Source: the human T2T-CHM13v2.0 reference genome, Homo sapiens. From it: 64,000 bases of DNA. Below are positions 26,970-40,984 of this stretch, in pieces (the first letter of the stretch is position 1; every line of letters starts with the position of its first letter). The notes beneath the pieces were generated by a model. It was not told the DNA's origin. It made no database searches and saw only the letters and a program-made list of their open reading frames with translations. Where the stretch lies: the NCBI RefSeq assembly GCF_009914755.1, contig NC_060930.1; one strand, 5' to 3'. Made by a program: the position numbers and the translations under genes.

Positions 26970-27110
26970 TAGGAAAGAGCCAGGAACTATGGATAGATTA
27001 GAAGTCAGAAAATGCAGGTTTAAGCAGAGCTCTGATACTAACTTGCAGTGTCATTGTGGATAAGTTACTTAATCTTTCTAATCTCAGTTTACTTCTTTGT
27101 GCAACTAGGG
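26970..27110 (+). mobile_element. MIR fragment
   Basis: GAAGTCAGAAAATGCAGGTTTAAG...GGATAAGTTACTTAATCTTTCTAATCTCAGTTTAC. Confidence 0.65.
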
Positions 27111-27389
27111 CTTTACCTATTAACTGGTCTCAGCTCTAACACTGCTGTGAAGTCTCATGACTCTTTGTCAACAATAGCTCCATGAATGATAACCTAAGAT
27201 AACTACAATGAACTTCATTCTTGTATAGATCAATGTTTCTCAAATTAGAATGGGAAATCTCAAGAGTCCAGACAATTTCAGCTCAATCAGCAATCTCAAG
27301 ACCTCCTGACCAAAAGTTGTCCTGTTCATATGGCCCTGTCTCCTCCACCCCCTGCAGCCAAAAATCCAATAGACATTCACTGGGAGCCA

Positions 27390-28335
27390 GCTGTTGTCAC
27401 GCACTGCACTTGACGGTAGAAATTTAAGATATAAAATACATTTTCTAATGAGGAAGACATGTCATATTTACATTGTCTTAAATGCTAGGCAAGCACACAG
27501 AAAAACTGCTAAATATTTCTGGTAAGGTCTGATAAATTGACACGCGGGTTTCTTTGGAGATGCGCCTTAAAGGATGTCAAAGAATTGATCTGGTGGATAA
27601 AGTAATGAGGAGACAGTGGAAGTTCTCATGCAAAGGAAAAAAAACAATTGTAAAGATACAAAGGTGTGAGAAATCTTGATATAGTCAGAGAATAGAAATT
27701 ACTGTGGATGTGAAATAAAGAGCATCGGTTAAGAGACCAGATACCAAAGTCAAATGGTCTAGGTTCAAATACCAGCTCCATCACTTAGGTGCACATGCTG
27801 GGCTAATTATTTGACCTCTCTGCTTCAGTTTCTTCATTTGCAGTATGAGAATGATAAGGTATTGTAAGGATATATTTTTGAAACATACTCAGTCAATATG
27901 AGCTATTTTCTTGAGTATCAAGTAGAGGGGGTTAGTGAGACAATAGAGCGAGGAGACACTAAAGAGGTAGATTGTAATCTGATGACAACCAGAGGCTGTC
28001 TTATGCCTTGTCAAAAAAGGTCTCCTAGATGTGCCGATGGGGATTTATGCTGGAGAGTCCGGTGGCCATATTAATGGCATTGTGGCAGGAAGGAAAAGGG
28101 AAAATTGGAAGAGTCTTTTCATAAAAAAATAAGAGTGGAGGAATAGTCCAATATTTTGCCTTAGGTAACCAGATGAATTGCAACCATTAACATCTGAGGC
28201 AACATCTGAAGAGGAAGTGCGTTATTGGGAAATATGATAAATTTAATTTCATTGCATTTACAGTGTCTGTGGGACATCAGCTGGAGGTATTCAATGAATG
28301 TCTGGATATAGAGCAATGTCTCAGAAGAAAGTCTA
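27390..28335 (-). mobile_element. L2 fragments, with a plus-strand MIR at about 27720-27910
   Basis: GGAGATGCGCCTTAAAGGATG, AAAGATACAAAGGTGTGAGA, GGGACATCAGCTGGAGGTATTCA...TGGATATAGAG are antisense L2; MIR core GGTTCAAATACCAGCTCCATCACTT...CTCTGCTTCAGTTTCTTCAT. Confidence 0.6.
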
Positions 28336-28339
28336 GAAA

Positions 28340-28585
28340 TAGTGCTGTCCAATAGAAACCTACTGTGACCCTCAAATGCAAATTATTTAGTACATTAATT
28401 ACGTTTTATTTAACACAATATATCTAAAATGTTATTTCATCTTGTAATCAATACAAAGTTATTAAGATGTTTTCTTGCCAGATCTTAAACTTGGTGTGTA
28501 ATTTTATACTTAGCACATCTCAAGCCATATGTCAGATGCTCGGTAGCCGTATGTGGCTTGGGGACTACCGTATGGGACAGTGCGG
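28340..28585 (+). mobile_element. MER33/MER3-type hAT-Charlie MITE
   Basis: TAGTGCTGTCCAATAGAAAC...TTTTATTTAACACAATATATCTAAAATG...GTAGCCGTATGTGGCT..CTACCGTATGGGACAGTGC (inverted termini). Confidence 0.8.
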
Positions 28586-28847
28586 TTCCAGAATATGGTA
28601 ATGGGGAGGATTTATACATTTAGCAATGGTCAGTTGAAAGACTGCAGACACTGTGCTAGGAGCAAGAATTCAGTGATGTGTAACACAGACACATTTTCTC
28701 CTTCACTAAACTTTCAAGTTATTAGGGAATAGCAGTTCTGCTGGCCTTAATGTTCTTTCTGTGCAAATTAAATAACAGTGAAGTCACTGGGCAGAGTTGT
28801 CCCAAACCAAGTATCACAGAGCACACATGAGATTTCTGTGCCTCTTT

Positions 28848-29142
28848 TTTTTTTTGTTTGTTTGTTTGGAGATGCAGTCTCTCTCTGTTGTCCAGTCTGC
28901 AGTAGTGTGATCTCGGCTCACTGCAACCTCCGCCTCCTGGTTCAAGCGGTTCTGCTGCCTCAGCCTCCCAAGTAGCTGGGATTACAGGTGCACACCACCA
29001 CGCCTGCCTCATTTTTGTATTTTTAGTAGAGATGGGGTTTCACCATGTTGGCCAGGCTGGCCTCAAACTCCTGACCTCGTGATCCACCCTCCTCGGCCTC
29101 CCAAAGTGCTGGGATTACAGGCGTGACCCACTGTGCCCGGTT
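28848..29142 (-). mobile_element. Alu (AluSg/Sc-like)
   Basis: CTGACCTCGTGATCC 2-bp-deletion class; TSD GAGATTTCT(G/A)TGCCTCTTT at 28829-28847 and 29143-29161. Confidence 0.95.
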
Positions 29143-29239
29143 GAGATTTCTATGCCTCTTTACCCTCTCTGCCCTGAAACTTTTTGTAGTACAAATCATA
29201 CAAAGTCATAAGTGGGGATGTCACAATTTACCCCGTCAG

Positions 29240-29930
29240 GGAAAGCAGACATTTACAAGTACTTAAAATAAAATGAGAATGTTATAAGGGAAGAAACTCA
29301 TGTGAGGGGACTTGGTTGCTTAAAGATCAGGAATGTCTCTGAAGTAATGACATCTAAGCTGGGAACTGAAGGATCACCAGGAATTAGACCAATGGGAATG
29401 TGGGTGGGTATTCCAGGCAGAAAGTAGGATACATTTGAAAGTACAGAGGTGAGGCCCTCAGGGAAAGTCGTGGAGCTAAGAGAGATTTGGACCATATGTG
29501 GAGAGGAAGAGAGGAAGGACATGAAGTTAGAGGGTCTAGGGACTTCTCTGCAGGGTGGATTAAGGGATCAAGGGACACACAGAGCCAGGGATACTAATGA
29601 TGTTAGTAGACAGCAAGAGATCTTGGAAGGAACCTGGGAAGGGGCAGTCAGAAATGCAGAATAAAAACCAGAAATGAGTAATGACATACAAGACAACTAG
29701 TGAGAGGGAAAATTCACTTTGTGAAAAGGGCCAACAATGTGTCAACTACAGCAAGGAAGTCAAGGCTGAAAAGGCTAAAAAGTGGCTGTGGGATCAATTA
29801 ATGAAGGCAGCGTTGAGGCCTTGGTGAGCACAGTTGTGAGAGAAGAGGTAGAAACCAAATCGTAGCAGTGGAAAAACAAATGAAGCTTGAAGAACAGAAG
29901 GTGTTTTAAAGAAAGCTGACTGTTGGGAAG
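29240..29930 (-). mobile_element. L2 fragments
   Basis: GATCAGGAATGTCTCTGAAGTAATGACATCTAAGCTGGGAACTGAAGGAT...GGTATTCCAGGCAGA. Confidence 0.6.
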
Positions 29931-30043
29931 TGAAGGAAGGTGACGTTCCTACAAAAAGAGAAGTACACTATAACGTTGGTGAGAGTTGTTTGCTCTTTTA
30001 TTTTATTTTTGTTTTTAATCGTGGGATACTAGCACATCTCTAA

Positions 30044-30414
<371 letters not shown>

Positions 30415-30679
30415 TGATACCCTTTAGAAATGGACACACGAGTCAGAAGGTGTTATTGGATTCTCCTTGTTAACTTATTGCACAACTTGGGGCCTTGTGA
30501 TTGAATGGGTGTTGAATTTGGATACACAGGATTGAGTCATCAAGGGACCATCAGAGGAAGAGCCTAGTAACCACTTTCTTTTCCCTCTGTCTATCATTGT
30601 CCTCCCAGGTATGAGTGAAATCATTCATTTTTCACTGAACGCTTACTTCATGCTGGGACCTAAGCAACAACTGTGGCGA

Positions 30680-30900
30680 CAATGGACTTATTGGTAATTT
30701 ACTATGTGCAGACACTCTCCTCACTTTTTGACAGGTATTGTCTCACTTAATCTGTCTCAAATCCTTATTGGACATATACTATTATTTCTTTGGCTGAGCA
30801 ATAAGAAAAATTGAGAGAGATTTAAAATGCCAACTAGAGGTTCATGGCTGCATCCATCAGGCCCACAGACTCTAAAACATGCTCATAACCACCATGCTAC
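30680..30900 (-). mobile_element. MIR
   Basis: GGACTTATTGGTAATTTACTATGTGCAGACACT...TATTGTCTCACTTAATC...ATGCTCATAACCAC. Confidence 0.6.
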
Positions 30901-33900
30901 CTACACAATAGGAATACATAATAAAACAGCAGATGTACCTTAGTCCATTATCATTTCATGGTGGAACCTTAACCAACACTCTTCCCTTGAAATTGTTCCC
31001 AGATTAACTCCAACCATCCCAAGGCTCTGGTTTACCATGCCATTATGCTTCCTTTTGATCATATGTATTGTTTTTGTTGGATGTTGCTATATAGTGTTTT
31101 TAGTTTTTCATGTGGATATCCTGCCGAATGTTTATTATCCTTGTTTGCGTACCTGGTGGACGTAAGGCCTCTCTCAAATTTCTCTCTGTCTTTTTTTTTC
31201 CTTAACATTCTCAGGTTTTAAAAAATCATTTAAATGGAAGGGTCACATGAAATAGCTTCTCTACTAATTTGGTCTTGTTTTTCTAATCATGGTTGGGTGG
31301 AGCGCCCTGTCTCCTGAATCCTCTTTCCTTTTTCAGAGAACGTTGATTAGATGACCAAAAGTGCCCGGCCCTTTGCCAAGTGTGATAGAAAACAGGGAGA
31401 AGGTATCATCATCGTTTCACAGATGCCTACATTCCAAAGGATCTCATCAGAGCATAAGAGCTCTTCCAGGTAATTAGTAATTGGTCCTCACAGCACCCCT
31501 GGGAAGTACTGGGTAGGCAGCAAAGCTACACAGAGCATAAATGAGCCTTTCCAGAGTGCAAGACAATTTCCTCCTCAGTGATGGGGACAATGATAGTGAT
31601 CCACCTTGCAGGGGTGTCAATTATTCACAATCTAAAAGCCCTGAGAATTACGAACCTCACTAGGAATATGTATACACAGCACACTTGTAATGTACTTAAT
31701 TGGCATTCTCCTTTCCCCTGCCCTGCTACCTGCAAATCACACCACAATGACACCCTTGGGTTTACCTTTGGTCCTGGTTATTGACATAGAGCCTGTCTCC
31801 CTGCATCAAAGATCTGCCTGGATCACACAACAGAAGAACAAACCTGCCAGGTGTTGATGAGCTCATGACAAGCAACCTAAATGGAATTCTGACAGGCCTT
31901 CCCAGCCTTCTACATAAACATAATGAATCAACACAGAATACACACTTAGTAAGCTACAAGTAAAGCAGAAAGCAATGTATGAGGATAAAGGGAAAAACAA
32001 CAGATTGATCCAGCTCAACGATAGGAATTGCAAAAATCATTCTGAATGGTGCAGGGTGCAAGTGAAATATTCCAAATAAACTTCTGTTAACAATTGCCAC
32101 CAATGACCCATTCACCTTTGGATTCTTTTTACTTGAGCCTTTTTTATCTCCTCCCTCTGTCCTATACCCTACCTACCTTATTTTCATCTTTTTATGTGTA
32201 ACTATCCAATCTCTCTGACGAATTGAAATTGTGAGCTTCAGGCAAGGAATATGTCCTGTATGTTATTTTGATTCAATTAAATTAGAAACAGTCACAAAAA
32301 CAAAACCGCCATTTCTGCTCCACCACTCTTCACCTGTGGAATTGCTTATGCATTTCATTATTGGCACATTCACCATTCAATTCTTTCCATCTTCTTTGTT
32401 TCAGCACTTCTTCTTTATTCAACTCTTCATTTCATGCAACAGCTGTTATTGGACGTGTTCACACACAGACTAGGAAATTGTTTGCCACAGAGACAGTTGC
32501 AGGAGTAGCCTCAATAAAATAAATGGAAATAGCATTTCTGGATAAAAGAACTCTTCTATTAGATATTACTGACTCTATCTAAATATCTGAGTTCCTTAAA
32601 GATTTCTGGGACAGGTCTGTGTAGAAGGGAGGCTCAGTATAAAGGAAGAGGAGAGGAAACTGAATGATCATCAGAGGCAGAGCCAGAAGTAAGGTGAGAA
32701 TTGATAAATGAACTATTCACAGAAATGTCTTTCAAAATGTAATTATAAACCATTCTTTAGAATGTAAGGTTTTTACACAAAAACACCACTACCTAGTACC
32801 TTCTCTCCCAAATGTATGCAGTGACATCGTCTCAACCTGGAACCCTTTAGAGAGGAGTCATGCTAATACTATTACCTCTATAATTTCCAGATGTGATGCA
32901 ATAACTAAAATAGATCATCCTTTACCAAAGAAGAGAGGCAGAAAGACAGAATCAGGTAAATTAGAGCTGATAGGTCTTGGGACAATTGCACAAGCTCTTC
33001 AAACCTAAGTGATTAGAAAGTGTCCATGTTTTTCATTAGTCAAATACTTGCCACATGATCATAAACCTGACCTCTGGTTGATTGCCTGCATAAAGGATTC
33101 AGTGACCAAGATGGAAGTCGTTATATTTGTCTTAGGAAAATAAGAAGTGAGCTCACGCATTTTAATTTTAAATCTGCATTGAATAAAAAACTCTGAAAAC
33201 ACAGAGCAAGTTATAAATTCAGGAAGAAATGATTTCCAGGACTCTCTTTCTAAACAGAATGCATTAAAGTAGCTGGAAAATTGTCCATTGTAGAGCTAAA
33301 CAAAGATGCTTCATTTCTCATCCCTTTCCATTAAGTGAGAAAATAGAGCACGCCAACCAAAGAAATCAAAAATAACTCTCCTCAGCAAGCTTAAGGAACA
33401 TTTTCCACAGCTTAGGTCATTGGTCATTGGGATCAAATGAGAGGAAATTTTGAGCATTCCACCCAGAGCTCATGGTGGGGTCCACAGTGTGTGTGGATAT
33501 AGACAGCATGCATTTGTGAGAAATCAGCCTCAGAATGTGCTTGTCAAAGCCAATTTAAAAATATTCTATCACACTGTTAGGAAACACCTCATTATGAGAA
33601 GGAACTCTGCTTTGGGGTGGTTGGTATAAACAAACACAACGTTTTAACTTTATAGATTAATGCATACCTGATATTTTGTATAATACTTTAAAGACCGGGT
33701 ATCTTAGGAGATCTGAGAACATAGAAACCAAGAAACATATTAACTCCTGTAATGGAAATGCATAAAACATAAACTTAATAAGCACCAAGCTACAATGTAT
33801 TTTTGTGCCTGGATTATCCAATTGAGATATTTACATATATTAAAGTTACTGTCAGTTCTCCATATCACTTTTGTGCTTATAAATCCGGTGAAAAAGGGGC

Positions 33901-34832
33901 CCAGGCATTAATATATTATTTATTCACTTATTTGCAAGATGTATCTAGCACATAGCCTTTAAATAGCTAACAGCATTGTGTCTGGGCACTCTGCACTTGC
34001 AATATTTAACATTAGGTCCTTGGTAACAAGCAAGTAAGTGGGGGATTGTTCCGACTTGTTCGAGTATTGTGGCCATGTGGAGGGATAAAACAATTTGGAT
34101 TTATTGGAATGAATTCCAATTAGAAAATAAAAGAGTAAACCATGACATGGTTCAAACATTTCTAATTAATATTCTGATGAACGATAATTCTGTGTCCCTA
34201 AAGATACTAAATTCATGTTAATATTGGATATAACAGCCCATTGAGACACTATCCTTGGGTGGAATTGACACTGATCACATTTCAAGGTAGGTTTATGGTC
34301 AGGTAACAAAATGTTTATGCACTCATACACAGCAATAGCAGAAAAATTCTACTTTCTTTTTTTTTTTCTGATAAGAAGAAACCTCCCAGGACGTATCTGT
34401 GGCCCCTTGAGAGCTTCTGGTTGTTTTTCACGTCTGCCTGTATTCACTTCTTCCCTCCATTCCTTCTCTGAATGATCTGTAGGTAAATACCTCAAAATTA
34501 TTCACAGCATTGTAGTCTCAGCACTGTATTGCTATAGGATGTCATGCTGGGTTGAAGGGTGAGATTTTAGAGGCACAGGGGAATGAAACAAGGTGGCCAA
34601 TATCACATAGGCAGTTAGTGAGCAGAGGAACCCTCTGAGTTCCTTCCTTCTTGTGGTCATTAGGGAGTGAACATGGACTTGGTTTCAATTAAGGCTTGTG
34701 CTGACATCCAATGTCTATTGAAGGACTTTGTGCATATTGCACAATGCTCTTCCGGTTGGGATAGCTTCCTCTGTGTTAGGTGACCCAGTATCCTACTGGA
34801 GTCTTTCCTCCAAAATGGGTGGGAAGCAGAGG

Positions 34833-34866
34833 GTTTTTGTTTGTTTGTTTGTTTGTTTTTTTGTTT
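34833..34866. repeat. (TTTG)n microsatellite
   Basis: GTTTTTGTTTGTTTGTTTGTTTGTTTTTTTGTTT. Confidence 0.85.
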
Positions 34867-35929
34867 CAAGTATATAAGGGAAGAAATCCACTGTTCCTAA
34901 AGGAGAAGAGAATTCCTATTCCCAAGTATTTCTTGCAGAGAGAAACACATGTCCACTGGGCTGCTGAGCTCAGGTACTCTGTGAAAGGGAGCTGGGAGTT
35001 TGGGCCTTATCCTCAAAGAATAATCGAAAATACTTGCACTCTGCACTGGGTGATCTCACAGTCCTCTCTATCGGTATCTCTGTGGATATGGCTCTTCAGA
35101 ATCTGCCAGCACCTTGGAAGGACTTCAAACCACATCTTTTCAGCAATGACCTGAGTTTACATGGTCTCTCTGTGACAGCAGCCAAGTGATCTGGCCCGGA
35201 TTTTTGTTCCATGCCTGAACTCATTCTTTGCTGATAAAGTTAAACCTATTCTGATTGCCTATTTTTGCATCTTGTGCATTCCACAGGGAATTCCACAAGT
35301 TCAGGATAGCTCTCACTCAGTACTGCTCTATTTGAAAATGCTACATGGAATCCTGGTTACCACCACCAAGGCTTGTACATCTCTGCCTGTTTTCCTGAAA
35401 ATTGATCTCCCAACTCATTTTGCCAGGTCATCTAGTTTTGTTCTGAGGTTAAATGTACTCAAAGTAAGAAGAGATATTTTCCCTCTGTATTTATTAGATG
35501 AAAGTATTGTGGCCGAAGACATGTCCTGGGGACACACTTTCCTGCTACCCCTTCCCCTTCCTGGTGCACGTCTGCTCTGAAGCACACAGCACACTGTAAC
35601 ACTGCAACATGTCAGAAGGAAGCTGTAATGAGGTGTGATAAGGCCTAGTTCCAATCCTGTATTTAACTCCCCGTTTGCATTTAGGTAAATCTTTAAAATC
35701 TCTTTAAACTGCAGGTTCCTCATATCAAGCTCAAGGAGATGTCCAGTGTACTGTGTGGGCAATATATGTAAGAGTGTTTAAAAACATTTTAAAAGGCAGA
35801 TTAGTACAAGTATAGAGTAGTTTTTGACATAGAGTGGTATACGGCAGTTATAGAACAGTCATTGCTTTTCATTTTGTCTGTCTTTCCTCTCCTTCTTTTT
35901 ATTTCTGCTGGCTCATCCCTTTTTTCAAC

Positions 35930-36420
35930 TTGCTTGAATTAGTGACATCCAGCTATACATCAGGTATATGGCAAGTCCTGGGAATTGAAGATTAATAACA
36001 CAGCTCTCTATTCTTCAATAGCTTATAACCCCATCATAGAGACCCACCAAACCAGTGATTACCCTGTGAACACCCTGACAAGGGCATCTAAATGAGCTGT
36101 TAGCATCAGACAAGTCTTCCTGGATGAGTTGATATTTCAAATGAGGTTTGAAGGAAAGGATGCAGGAGATAACAAGTTGAAGAAGAAATTGTTCCCATTA
36201 AAAGAAAATGGTGCATACAAACGCTCGTGGATAACACAGCATTAAGTATTTGGGAACCTAAATCAGCTGGCATTGCAGCAGCACAATGTATTGGAGAGAC
36301 AGGGCCGGGAATGAGGCTAGAATGATGGTCAGGGCCCTCACCAGTGATATGAAAAATCTTAGTCTTTATCCAAGGCTTAAACAATGACTTGTTTAAGGAG
36401 AGATCAAATCTGTGTCTTGC
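35930..36420 (-). mobile_element. L2 fragment
   Basis: GGCAAGTCCTGGGAATTGAAGATTAATAACACAG...GCTTATAACC...TTTAGTCTTTATCCAAGG...GATCAAATCTGTGTCTT. Confidence 0.6.
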
Positions 36421-38914
36421 ATGTGTGCATGCCTGTGGGTTGTGGGGACCAATTGCCATATAATATTTTTCATTTTGAGATGATCCATTTGTACTCTCTA
36501 TCCTCAAATATATAAATTAACTGGTTCGGTGATGTCCTTCAAGGTGATTGAAGTTTTAATCCATCATAAAATGAGAGTAATTTGAATTTCTTAAAATTGG
36601 TAGGTGTTTCAGTGGCCTGGCTTGAATTAGTGATTTGATTAAAATCCAAATGTGAGGAAATAGAACTTCACACTCCCAAACCACAAGCACAATAGCCATT
36701 CAATTGGACTCATTAGGGCAGTTGTAGTCATTATGTCATGGGACAAATAGGTGTGGTGACTAACTTAAATGACCATTCATGGCATTTATTTTAAAAGAAC
36801 TGAATTTGAAAAACACTTGTAATGGCTCACTCAGTCATGAATAAAGACACATTAATTTTCACTTAACAAAATATTTAATTCCCTTAAATAATTTCAAAAT
36901 AAAATGCAGCCATCATGATGAAAAATGGCCCTCCAAAAATAATGATGATTAGGATTAGATATTAATCATGATAGAGATTATGGACCATCACATTACTTTG
37001 CTCAATATATTGACTCTGCTCTGTCAATTTCTAGGCTTTCCATATTTTTTAGCTATTCTGATGGTAAAAATTAATTTATGGAAATTAATTTATATCTAAA
37101 TGAAAGTAAACCAATTAACAATAGGAAGCTTTTAAGGGAAAGGTTTTTAATTATTGCCAGTGTTATTTTTAAAGGCTTGTGATTTCTATTAAATTTTTCC
37201 AACCCCTGTTTCTGTAATTTATTGGTGCTAAAGACAGTATTTTATTAATTCAGCAATGAAGATTCATTGTATGTTCTGTACTCACAAATTATTTGGTTTT
37301 CTTTCTCCTTTTCCTTCCCTTCCTCTTTTTCTACCTCTTTCTTCTTTTACTATTCATTACATGTAATCTTTTTTTACCCCCATACAATCTTTGGCACTGA
37401 TTTTTGTCAAGCTTTTGGACAAACTCCTCTTCTTGCTTATTTTTGGATACAGAGTTTCACCCCATGGGAATTAATTTCCTGACCTCTCCTGACTTTTAAT
37501 AACTAACACACCCACTCTAACCGACATCTATCCAGTTACAGTCTATTCATAATCTTGGAAATTAGTTGAGATTACTTAAAAATATTTGTCTATTATTAAC
37601 GTAGGAATAGCAACTTAGGCACATTTCCGGGTATTTCTTTTTTCAGGTCAAATTGAACAAGTTCTGTGCCTTATGCTCCAAGAGACCCACAATAAATAAT
37701 TTCATAATTTTTCAAACCAGATACCCATGTAGAGGTACGTAATGATTCTTCATTTGAAACCAGTACACATGTAGTTATAAGAATCTTTTACTTCTCTGTA
37801 AAGCAATTAGTAGCAACATTAAATCCAAGGCCTTTTTATTTTTGTTTTTTAATGACAAGCATTTTTACCATGCATTTCCAACTTTTTGGCTGGAACTACG
37901 CTCAGTGCTCTGCAATTTATATTTTAGCCTCTATAATGTTAGATATTAATATATGCATGAAGAGTTGTAGTGAATGTAATTACAGTGGCAAAATGATAAA
38001 CACATAGCTATTTTGCCTGGTAATATTATGTATTTTAACAGGTTTATTTGTTCAACAGTTCTAAGTTTAATTACATTTTGCCATTTGGGATTTTTAGACA
38101 TACAACAATCATAGCTCTTCTCTGGCTATTAGTCTAAGAAGATTGCATTCATTATAAAAATAATCCGTATTTGTTTATTTAATTTTTTTTCTTAATGCTA
38201 TGCAAGTGAACTAAGAAATGATAACTTTCTGTGCTGCTGGTATTATGTGACTCATTTGAATGCTAAACAAATCATTCCCCATTCCTACCTGTGGCAGTGA
38301 AAGATGCTCAACAGGGCTTTTGCCCCAGGACTGCTCAGTCTTAGGGACGGTGCTGTATACTCTCACACAGACATGGAGCTAGTCCTCAAAACCTTGGTTC
38401 TAGATCACTCTGAAAATACCAAATGCTTTGGGAAGCAAGCTAACAAAAAATAAACAGGAAATGGGTACTGAAGCTAACAAATAGGTGCAGAGGGCCAGTC
38501 TCCGTAACAGCCAAGCTCAGTCCTTTTGTGCTCAACTGCAGCAAAATAACCTCTGAAATTATTCCCTGCCATGGAGTGAACAGAAGACCTGGGTAAATCT
38601 CAAGAAGGTGAGAGAGTGAGCATGGGGTGAGCTCATGTTACATCAGTGAAGATTCCAGAAAGCATACTGATAGCTCTTTTGCAAAGTGACTATTATATGA
38701 TGTGTTCATTATGTTCATGCTTATGCAGAATGCAATTAAGCTTTTAGTTCCAAAAGCCTTTTTCTGCTTTCCATCCCCAGATACTTATTCGGGAATCTAC
38801 CTCTGCAATACTCTTTCAGCGAAGCCAAATTATTCCTGCAGTGAATTCTTTTGATAAAAGCAGATTTTTTTTCTAGGTTTGCCCAAAAGATACGTTCTAT
38901 TTGGTTTACACAAT

Positions 38915-39100
38915 GTTATTGTTGGAAGTATGACTTACATGCAATCAAATGCGCAGATCTGGTGTTTGACTTGATGAACTGTACTTATGTATATACCCAT
39001 GTAACGACCTCTCAGATCAAGAAGTAGAATATTTCTGACTCCCCAGATGGCTCTCTCATATCTCTCTTCAGCACTCCCCCATTCCACAGGATAACTTGTA
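38915..39100 (-). mobile_element. L1ME-like 3' end fragment
   Basis: GTATGACTTACATGCAATCAAATGCGCAGATCT...ATATACCCATGTAACGACCTCTCAGATCAAGAAGTAGAATATTTC. Confidence 0.65.
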
Positions 39101-40984
39101 TAGAATTTTTTAATTTATAAAAGTAGATTTAAGGTTAAAAAGATGGTGATGACTTTTGATAATATCGCAATCAATTTTTAGTATTTTGACATCCAGGTAT
39201 TTAAGTACAACTCTTTATCCCTGATAAATAGAACTGCAAAACACATTTTAATGAAAGAGACAAAAGTTCTTCCTCATTCATTTGTTAAACATATACTGTA
39301 ATATATAAAATGTGTTAGAGGCTAGAAATATAAAGATTAAAAACAACAACACACACTGCAGACTCTGGCCTGAAGGGGTTTGCACTTAGGTGCCCTCGGG
39401 CTATGATTTTAGCTATGGTTGCAAATATGCATATGTGTATTTGTGCACATGCTACACATACACACACATGCACAGCTTCTATTTATTTTATTCTGTTTTT
39501 CCACATACGTAAAACTAAAATAAGATCAGATGATGTGTTCATCATGTTGGATGAACCAGAGTGGCCTTAATAACTTCTTCCCCACCCAGGCTTGAAGTTA
39601 AAAGCAGCCTATAAAAGCCACCAGATCAGCAAACACGTTCTGAACCTGATAGTATTTCTCTAGTTTCTTTAGTTTGCACCCTACTGTCTTGGGATGGAAT
39701 CTGCCTTTGTGCCTACCTTTTTAGTCTGATGTTCATTTGGACCATCTTCTTGGTTCTTGATAACACCTTTTCTTTGTACACTGTGTTTTTGTTCTCTCTT
39801 GGCCCATGCTCTGAAGCCCATGGCCATCCCCTCAGACAACTCTGGCTGCTGGCACCCCATTGTGGATTGCACTCTTAACTGTTACTTAAACAAAAATAGA
39901 GTTTTGATGGCAGGCTTGTGTTCTAAGTAACAAGATTCTCTTGGCATAAATACTTCCATTTACAATAATTTTTTTAGTTCTCTTGGTTCTTCCAGAAAAT
40001 ACAACATTTTCCTGGGGAATTATCTTTCCAAGGAAATTTCCTTGGAATTCTCTTAGAGAATTTCTTTCTGATTTAACAAGTGGGCACGTCTGATTCTCTT
40101 TTCTTGGACAGGTTTTCTTCATATCTTTGCATTACGGTGCGTTGTAGTGAAATTCCTGTTTGTAATAACATGGGCTTTTAATGTGGCCAACAATTCCCAA
40201 TTACTAAAACACACACACTCCCACACTCATATACTCATAATATCTTAATGTTTTTTGCAGCTGTTGTTTATCCATGAATTATTATTGCAATGCTTAACCG
40301 GAGATAGATACTCACCATGAGCGTATCAACCTTTCCTCTTCAGAAGTTTCACTTCAGTTTGAAAGAAAACGCAACTGGTGAAACAATTGCTGTGTGTCAT
40401 AAATTATAGGTATCTGACATTCATTACAAGGAAAGCAACAGTCAAATATCATGGGACTCATATTTATTTATGTCTATATTATCTGTAGATATTATAGATA
40501 ATATATATGTATACTTTGACAGAGAAGGAAGAACACCACTCTGGAGTGTTTAATCTACCATAGTTTGATATTGTCTTTCTTGTTTGTGCCAATTTGAATT
40601 ACTTGGTTCTGTTTTTTGGTTATCTGCAATTAGTGTGCTATTTATTTCCAGAATAGAGGAAACTGAAGCTTACTCTGTGTACACAAAAGAATACTGTACC
40701 CATTCAGTCATGTACAAATAGAGTTATCTCATGGAAAATTCATTTTTTTTCTTGTTTTGGTACTTTTCCTGAAGTTTTAGAATATGTTCTACTTTTGTCT
40801 GTGACACAAATTTTGGATCTTTTGATACTGTGGAGGACACACTGCAGTTGAGCCTGCAAACTGATAACTGTCTTTTTGGTGGCACCCTGTCTTGGTCATT
40901 ACTGACATCAAAGCACATTCTTCCTCCATCCTGATAGGTACATAACATATGGGGTGCAGCTTGCAGTGTGTAAAATATACCATG

